Part shown: piece after piece, positions 16,562 through 22,368 of the stretch
How the letters are laid out: every line of letters starts with the position of its first letter
Position numbering within the stretch: the first letter of the stretch is position 1
DNA from: a bacterium
Lineage (GTDB): Bacteria; Zhuqueibacterota; Zhuqueibacteria; Zhuqueibacterales; Zhuqueibacteraceae
Length of the DNA: 22,368 nucleotides
Direction: 5' to 3'
Assembly: GCA_044869275.1 (NCBI GenBank)
Contig: JBIOXB010000112.1
Span: 1 to 22,368, forward strand
The notes under the pieces: model-generated
What the model was told of the DNA's origin: nothing
The model's database searches: none
What the model saw: only the letters and a program-made list of their open reading frames with translations
Position numbers and translations under genes: made by a program

Positions 16562-17350
16562 ATGGCCGATTTTCAATTCGTCAAATACACGATTCAGGAC
16601 GACATCGCCTCCCTGACGCTCAACCGTCCGCCGGTCAATGCGCTCAATCGCCAGCTCGTCAGCGAGATTCTTGCCGCGGCGAATCTGATCAATCGCGATG
16701 TCCGCCGCAAGGAAGTGCGTGTGGTGATGATCTCCTCTGCCGGCCAGCATTTTTCCGCCGGTGCCGATTTGAAGGAGAGAAAAGAGGTTCCGGAGAATGA
16801 GGTCGAGCACCTCGTGCAAGGCATTCGTGACGCGATTCAGGCAGTGGCTGATATTAAAGCGCCGACCATTGCGGCCATTCGCGGCTCGGCCCTGGGCGGC
16901 GGCATGGAACTGGCGCTGGCGGCAGATCTTCGCATTTTAAGTGACAATGCGAAAATGGGCCTGCGCGAAACCGCGCTGGCGATTCTGCCCGGAGCAGGCG
17001 GCACGCAAAGATTGCCGCGCTTGATCGGTTACGCGCGCGCGCTGGAATGGATTGCCACCGCCAAAGTTTTCGAAGCGCAGGAATGCTGGCAGCACGGTGT
17101 AGCCAATCGCATCGTGCCGGAGGCAGAATTGCACGATGCCGCTTGGAATTGCGCCAAGCTCATCGCCGCCAATGGGCCGCTGGCGGTGCAATACGCGAAA
17201 GAAGCGGTGCAACGGGGATTGGAGCAATCGCTCGAGGCCGGCTTGAACATCGAGTTCGAATGTTATCGCCGCATCATCCCCACGGCCGATCGGCGCGAAG
17301 CACTGCAGGCGTTTGGTGAAAAGCGCGCTCCGGTTTTTCGGGGTGAATAG
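16562..17350 (+). CDS. Enoyl-CoA hydratase/crotonase family, methylglutaconyl-CoA hydratase-like
   Basis: LNRPPVNAL, FSAGADLKER, ALGGGMELALAADLR, ETALAILPGAGGTQRLPRLIG, DR.EAL.AF.EKR.P.FRGE; AAGGA RBS. Confidence 0.92.
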   Translation: MADFQFVKYTIQDDIASLTLNRPPVNALNRQLVSEILAAANLINRDVRRKEVRVVMISSAGQHFSAGADLKERKEVPENEVEHLVQGIRDAIQAVADIKAPTIAAIRGSALGGGMELALAADLRILSDNAKMGLRETALAILPGAGGTQRLPRLIGYARALEWIATAKVFEAQECWQHGVANRIVPEAELHDAAWNCAKLIAANGPLAVQYAKEAVQRGLEQSLEAGLNIEFECYRRIIPTADRREALQAFGEKRAPVFRGE

Positions 17351-17503
17351 CACGCGATTTTCTGCGTGGCTGGTCCGGGGCCTGAAGCTTGAAAGCCATG
17401 GCCCTAGTGGAAAGCCCCTGGCCGATTCGCGGGCCCAAGATTTTCGTGCGGGAGATTTTTTTGCATACGTTTGAATGCTGAAAACTAACTTGGAAGATAC
17501 GGC

Positions 17504-18646
17504 ATGCTGAATCTATCCGACGAACAAATCATGCTGCGCGACACCGTGCGCGAATTTGCGCAAAAGGAACTCGAACCCGTCGCCGCAGAGATCGACGTCA
17601 CCATGGAATTCCCGGCGGATAAGCTGCGCACCATGGGCGAGCTCGGTTTTCTCGGCATTCCGTTCCCGGCGCGCTATGGCGGCGGCGATCTCGACACGGT
17701 TTCGTTCGTGTTGATGATGGAAGAGATCGCGAAAGCCTGCGGCTCGACCACGCTGTCCGTGGCGGCGCATTGTTCCCTATGCAGCGCTCCGATTTTCATG
17801 CTTGGTAGTGAGAAACAAAAGCAAAAATACTTGCCGGATTTGTTGAGCGGCAAAAAACTCGGCTCGTTCTGCTTGACCGAACCGCACAGCGGCTCCGACG
17901 CCGGCGCGCTCTCGACGACGGCAATTAAAAAAGGAAGTGAATATATTCTGAACGGCAGCAAGATGTACGTCACCAACGGCGGCTACGCCGGCACGTACGT
18001 CGTCTTCGCCAAAACCGACGCCGAAGCCAAATCGCGCGGGATCAGCGCGTTCATCGTCGAGCGCGAGTTCGCGGGCGTGGTCATCGGCAAAAAGGAAAAC
18101 AAGCTGGGGCTGCGCGCCAGCGACACCCGCCAGGTTTCGTTCGAAGATTGCCGCGTGCCCGCGGAGAATTTGCTGGGGGAAGAGAACGAGGGCTTCAAAT
18201 ACGCCATGCAAATTCTCGACGGCGGACGCATCGGCATCGGCGCCATGGCCACGGGCTTGGCGCAGGCAGCTTTTGAGAAGTCGGCGGCTTATGCGAAAGA
18301 ACGCAAAGCGTTCGGCCAGGCCATTGGCGAGTTTCAAGCGATCAAATGGTATATCGCCGACATGGCGACAGAGATCCATGCGGCACGTTTGATGGTGCAC
18401 CATGCAGCGCAATTGAAAGATGCCGGACAGCCCTTCGTCAAAGCCGCGGCCATGGCGAAACTCTTCGCCAGCGAAATGGCCATGCGCGCCTGCAACAAGG
18501 CGATCCAGATCTTCGGCGGTTACGGCTATATCATGGACTATCCCGTGGAGCGTTATTGGCGCGATGCCAAACTGACCGAGATCGGCGAGGGCACGAGCGA
18601 GGTGCAGCGGCTGGTGATTTCGAGGGAAGTGTTGAAGGAGATTTGA
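17504..18646 (+). CDS. Acyl-CoA dehydrogenase (short/branched-chain)
   Basis: FCLTEP.SGSDA, LNGSK..VTNG, KLG.RASDT, GRIGIGA, R.AFG..I..FQ, QIFGGYGY..DYPVERYWRDAK..EIGEGTSEVQR. Confidence 0.95.
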   Translation: MLNLSDEQIMLRDTVREFAQKELEPVAAEIDVTMEFPADKLRTMGELGFLGIPFPARYGGGDLDTVSFVLMMEEIAKACGSTTLSVAAHCSLCSAPIFMLGSEKQKQKYLPDLLSGKKLGSFCLTEPHSGSDAGALSTTAIKKGSEYILNGSKMYVTNGGYAGTYVVFAKTDAEAKSRGISAFIVEREFAGVVIGKKENKLGLRASDTRQVSFEDCRVPAENLLGEENEGFKYAMQILDGGRIGIGAMATGLAQAAFEKSAAYAKERKAFGQAIGEFQAIKWYIADMATEIHAARLMVHHAAQLKDAGQPFVKAAAMAKLFASEMAMRACNKAIQIFGGYGYIMDYPVERYWRDAKLTEIGEGTSEVQRLVISREVLKEI

Positions 18647-18647
18647 T

Positions 18648-18682
18648 CGCTGCATGCTGGTTGCTTGATGCTGGTTGTTGGC
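18648..18682. repeat. Heptamer tandem array immediately after the ACAD stop
   Basis: cgctgca tgctggt tgcttga tgctggt tgttggc. Confidence 0.55.
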
Positions 18683-18799
18683 TCAACAAGATTGATGCTT
18701 TGCTTGCGCGAGGCTTGATCGCGGCGTGGCTCAAAGCCGCGCACTTGTCGGCTGGCAGCCGAAAGACAAATGGGCTTGTGGAGGATATGGACTTCTTAG

Positions 18800-18973
18800 C
18801 CTGGTTAATTCATAGAATTGAACCGCCGAGACGCCGAGTTCGCAGAGCACGTCAAGTTGTCGAATAGCTTCGATTAGAAGCAGCCTTTTCCATGCTTCTC
18901 AACGAGATTCGCGCAATCTGAACTTTTTCAACCTCTGCGTGCTCCGCGGCTCGGCGGCTGTGAATTATTCAGG
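18800..18973. repeat. MITE/REP-like element with nested terminal inverted repeats
   Basis: Outer IR CCTGGTTAATTCATA (18800-18814) / TGTGAATTATTCAGG (18959-18973), 12/15 match. Inner IR CCGCCGAGACGCCGAGTTCGCAGAG (18823-18847) / CTCTGCGTGCTCCGCGGCTCGGCGG (18933-18957), 21/25 match. Confidence 0.75.
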
Positions 18974-19154
18974 TCAGTTACACCCCAAAAATGGAAAGGG
19001 ATATCAGGAAACCTGTCAGGGGATTTTATGAAATGTTACGAGATGAGCTTTTCAAAGTTAGAATAACATCTGCAAGTTCCTTGCCCACTGAAATGAAATC
19101 CCACTGAAAAGGCTTCTATCCTTCTGTGGGCGAGGCTTTTAAAGAAGACAACCC

Positions 19155-20000
19155 ATGCGATTCGGCGATATCGAGATTTTCGTTCTCTCCGACGGCCTCT
19201 TCCGCCTCGACGGCGGCGCCATGTTCGGCGTGGTGCCGCGCGCGCTGTGGGAGCGCAACGATCCGCCGGATGAAAAAAACCGCATCCTGATGGGATTGAA
19301 TTGCCTGCTCGTGGTGCGGGGGCGCGAAAAGGTCCTGATCGATAACGGTATCGGCGACAAGTTTGATGAGAAGTTCGCCAGCATTTACAGTGTGCAGCGC
19401 GACAAGACTTTGCTCGACGAGCTCGCGGCTTTGCAGATAGGCGCCGAAGACATTACGCATGTGATCATGTCGCATATGCATTTCGATCACATCGGCTGGA
19501 ACACGCGCCGCAACGCCTCCGGCGAGATCATCCCGACGTTTCCCAACGCGCTGTATTATGCGCAGCGCGGCGAATTTGAAGTCGCCAACCATCCGGATGA
19601 GCGCAGCCGCGCGAGTTACATCAAGTGGAACTGGGAGCCGCTGGAAAAAAGCGGCCAGCTTCGACTGCTCGGCGGCACCAGCGAAGTTTTGCCGGGCATT
19701 GAAAGTGTGATCGCGCCGGGCCACACGCTCAACCATACCATCGTCAAAGTCAAAAGCGCCGGCAAAATTGCCGCCTTCCTGGCTGATCTCGTGCCGACCA
19801 CTTCACACTTGAAAACGCCGTATGTCATGGGCTACGATTTGTATCCCAAGCTTTCCATGGAAACCAAGCCCAAAATTTTGCAGCAATCTTTTGCCGAGCA
19901 ATGGTTGCTGATCTTCGAGCACGCACCGCGCGTCAAAGCGGGCTACCTGCAGCAGGTCGAAGGGAATTGGAAAGTAGCAGCCGTCGAGACGGGCGCATAG
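19155..20000 (+). CDS. MBL-fold metallo-hydrolase, YtnP-like
   Basis: FRLDGGAMFGVVP..LW, SHMHFDH (HxHxDH), PTFPNA.Y, PGHT..H, ADLVPT..HL....VMGYDLYP, FEH. Confidence 0.9.
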   Translation: MRFGDIEIFVLSDGLFRLDGGAMFGVVPRALWERNDPPDEKNRILMGLNCLLVVRGREKVLIDNGIGDKFDEKFASIYSVQRDKTLLDELAALQIGAEDITHVIMSHMHFDHIGWNTRRNASGEIIPTFPNALYYAQRGEFEVANHPDERSRASYIKWNWEPLEKSGQLRLLGGTSEVLPGIESVIAPGHTLNHTIVKVKSAGKIAAFLADLVPTTSHLKTPYVMGYDLYPKLSMETKPKILQQSFAEQWLLIFEHAPRVKAGYLQQVEGNWKVAAVETGA

Positions 20001-20181
20001 CATCAACATCACCTCTCATTCCGCAGGTGCTTTTTTGAATCGCTGGCACAAAATCCCAAAGCGCCGCCGCTACCGTGCTGAGGAGGATTCTGAGGGTATG
20101 AGCGTGGATGGCCGAAGAGCCAAAAATTCGAACCTAACTTTGTAGCACTTTTCACAAATTGCTGGGAAGGAGTTTGATCAT

Positions 20182-21375
20182 ATGCCAAGCTCTGCTCGCG
20201 AAGTTGTCATCGCCGGCGCCTGCCGCACGCCGATTGGCGCGTTTCAAGGCGTGCTCGCTTCCCTATCCGCTCCCGAATTGGGCGCGCTGGTGGTCAGGGA
20301 AGCGGTGCAGCGTGCGGGTATTGATCCGAAAAAAATCGATGAAGTGATCATGGGCTGTGTGTTGCCGGCGGGAGTGGGGCAAGCGCCCGCGCGCCAGGCA
20401 GCGATTAAAGCGGGCCTGCCGGTCGAGGTGACCTGTATGACGATCAATAAAGTCTGCGGCTCGGGCTTGAAAGCCGTGATGCTGGCGGCGCAGGCGATCA
20501 TGCTCGGCGACGCCGACATCATCGTCGCCGGCGGGATGGAAAGCATGAGCAATTCCCCCTATCTGCTCAACAAAGCGCGCGACGGTTATCGCCTGGGCCA
20601 CGGCGAATTGATCGACAGCATGATCAAAGACGGCTTGTGGGATGTTTATAATAATTTTCACATGGGCAATGCCGCGGAATTATGTGCGCGCGAATGTAAT
20701 ATTCCGCGCAGCGTGCAAGATGAGTTCGCCGTGATGAGTTACAAGCGCGCGCAAGCGGCGCAGGGAAAAGGCTGGTTCGCCCAAGAAATCGTGCCGGTGC
20801 CGCTGGCACAAAAAAAAGGCGATCCCACTTTCATCAAAGAGGATGAAGAGCCTAAAAAGGCGAATTTTGACAAGATGATGGCGCTGCGGCCCGCGTTTGA
20901 CAAAGAGGGAACGATCACGGCGGCGAATGCTTCCAAAATCAATGACGGCGCGGCGGCGGTAGTGGTGGTGGCGAAAGAGGTGGCGGACAAGCTCGGCCTC
21001 AAGCCGACGGCAAAGATTGTGGCACAAGCTTCGGCGGCGAAAAAGCCGGAATGGTTCACGACGGCGCCGATCGATGCCATCGAAAAGATTGTGAAAAAAT
21101 CCGGTTTCACGCTCGATCAAATCGACTTATTTGAAATCAACGAAGCTTTTGCCGTGGTTGCGTTGGCGGCGCAACAACAATTGAAAATTCCCCTGGAAAA
21201 ATTGAACGTGCACGGCGGCGCGGTCGCGCTCGGCCATCCCATCGGCGCCAGCGGCTGCCGCATTCTGGTGACGCTGTTGCATGCGTTGCAGCACTATCAA
21301 AAAAAATACGGCATGGCCGCGATCTGCATCGGCGGCGGCGAAGCTTCGGCGGTGATTGTGGAAAATTTGGCCTGA
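20182..21375 (+). CDS. atoB: Acetyl-CoA C-acetyltransferase (thiolase)
   Basis: RTPIGAFQG, GQAPARQA, NKVCGSG, AGGMESMS, NAS.INDGAA, EINEAFA, GHPIGASG, CIGGG; AAGGAG RBS. Confidence 0.93.
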   Translation: MPSSAREVVIAGACRTPIGAFQGVLASLSAPELGALVVREAVQRAGIDPKKIDEVIMGCVLPAGVGQAPARQAAIKAGLPVEVTCMTINKVCGSGLKAVMLAAQAIMLGDADIIVAGGMESMSNSPYLLNKARDGYRLGHGELIDSMIKDGLWDVYNNFHMGNAAELCARECNIPRSVQDEFAVMSYKRAQAAQGKGWFAQEIVPVPLAQKKGDPTFIKEDEEPKKANFDKMMALRPAFDKEGTITAANASKINDGAAAVVVVAKEVADKLGLKPTAKIVAQASAAKKPEWFTTAPIDAIEKIVKKSGFTLDQIDLFEINEAFAVVALAAQQQLKIPLEKLNVHGGAVALGHPIGASGCRILVTLLHALQHYQKKYGMAAICIGGGEASAVIVENLA

Positions 21376-21465
21376 TTAATGACAATCCTGACCGTCGTTC
21401 TGCGTGCGGAGAGGCAGCGCCGGTATCGTCCTGATCAGAAAGAATAAGCACGAGGCAAAATAGAA

Positions 21466-22311
21466 ATGGAACGCATTGGCGTGATTGGCGGCGGCACCAT
21501 GGGCAATGGCATTGCGCACGTGTTTGCACTGCATGGCTATCCCGTCATCCTGGTGGAAGTGAAGGAAGAATTTCTCGCGCGAGCCTCGGCCACCATCAAA
21601 GCCAATCTCGAGCGCCAGGCCCGGAAAGGCCGGCTCACACCGGAAGAAGCGGCCAAGATTTTGGGCCGCATTGCCCTGGCGACTTCGTTGCCGGCCCTGA
21701 AGGATTCGACTTTCGTCATCGAAGCCGTCAATGAAGATGAAAACCTCAAGAAGAAAATTTTCGGGGAATTGGATAGCCTTTGCCCGCCGGCGACCATCTT
21801 CGCCAGCAATACTTCTTCCATTTCAATAACCGCCATTGCCGCGGCCACGCGGCGTCCGGAAAAATTCATCGGCATGCACTTTTTCAATCCCGTGCCGGTG
21901 ATGAAGCTGGTGGAAGTGATCCGCGGGCTGGCGACGAATGACGAAACTTATCATACCGTGATGGCGTTGAGCGAGCAGCTCGGCAAAACACCGGTGGCGG
22001 TGAACGATTTCCCCGGATTCGTTTCCAACCGCGTGCTCATGCCCATGATTAATGAGGCCATTTTTTGTGTGCTGGAAGGCGTGGCAACGCCGGAAGCCAT
22101 CGACGAAGTGATGAAGCTCGGCATGAATCACCCCATGGGCCCGCTGGCGCTCGCGGATTTTATCGGTCTGGACGTGTGCTTGCACATCATGGAAGTATTG
22201 CATCAGCAGCTCGGGGACGACAAGTACCGGCCCTGCCCTTTGCTGCGCAAGATGGTGGCAGCCGGGCATTACGGTCGGAAAAGCGGAAAAGGGTTCTATT
22301 CATATGCTTAG
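21466..22311 (+). CDS. hbd: 3-hydroxybutyryl-CoA dehydrogenase
   Basis: [74 protein letters not shown]. Confidence 0.94.
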   Translation: MERIGVIGGGTMGNGIAHVFALHGYPVILVEVKEEFLARASATIKANLERQARKGRLTPEEAAKILGRIALATSLPALKDSTFVIEAVNEDENLKKKIFGELDSLCPPATIFASNTSSISITAIAAATRRPEKFIGMHFFNPVPVMKLVEVIRGLATNDETYHTVMALSEQLGKTPVAVNDFPGFVSNRVLMPMINEAIFCVLEGVATPEAIDEVMKLGMNHPMGPLALADFIGLDVCLHIMEVLHQQLGDDKYRPCPLLRKMVAAGHYGRKSGKGFYSYA

Positions 22312-22333
22312 GGCGTGCGCATGCGAAAAAAAC

Positions 22334-22365
22334 TTGGATTATTGGATTGCTGGATTGTTGGATCA
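22334..22365. repeat. Octamer tandem array after hbd (may continue beyond the window)
   Basis: ttggatta ttggattg ctggattg ttggatca. Confidence 0.65.
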
Positions 22366-22368
22366 CTG

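Noticed and set aside
18346..18867. 173-aa + strand ORF extending into the ACAD-MBL gap
   Set aside because: Overlaps the ACAD out of frame, and its tail is translated repeat DNA (CWLLDAGCWL).
20010..20036. Rho-independent terminator after the MBL gene (CACCT...AGGTG then a T-run)
   Set aside because: Only a 5-bp stem with a 10-nt loop; too weak to call.
22321..22368. ATG-initiated ORF start at the right edge
   Set aside because: The sequence is mostly the octamer repeat and cannot be supported as coding.

Overview
Bacterial chromosomal window with a GC-rich backbone and no rRNA, tRNA, CRISPR, integrase or transposase that I can recognise. The backbone carries a gph-like HAD phosphatase, an APC permease resembling eukaryotic polyamine:H+ symporters, a membrane-anchored pseudo-caspase/TPR protein, ddl on the minus strand, and recJ. 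recJ is followed by a long + strand acyl-CoA catabolic cluster: carboxyltransferase beta, a split AtuA pair with a GlmU-like gene between the halves, enoyl-CoA hydratase, acyl-CoA dehydrogenase, YtnP-like MBL hydrolase, thiolase and hbd. Two AT-rich islets interrupt the backbone. The first (about 4076-5290) holds a multiply deleted Sll1717/FunZ-like P-loop ATPase remnant and a BrnT/BrnA-type TA pair. The second (about 10190-12990) holds an FRG-domain gene coupled to a nuclease-less DUF262 gene that is frameshifted at an A6 run and bounded by an imperfect direct repeat, followed by an MNT-HEPN pair. The FRG+DUF262 cassette is the best candidate for an undescribed defence system. Several intergenic gaps contain short-period (7-9 bp) tandem or inverted repeat elements. 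All family calls come from motif recognition by eye; no searches were run.
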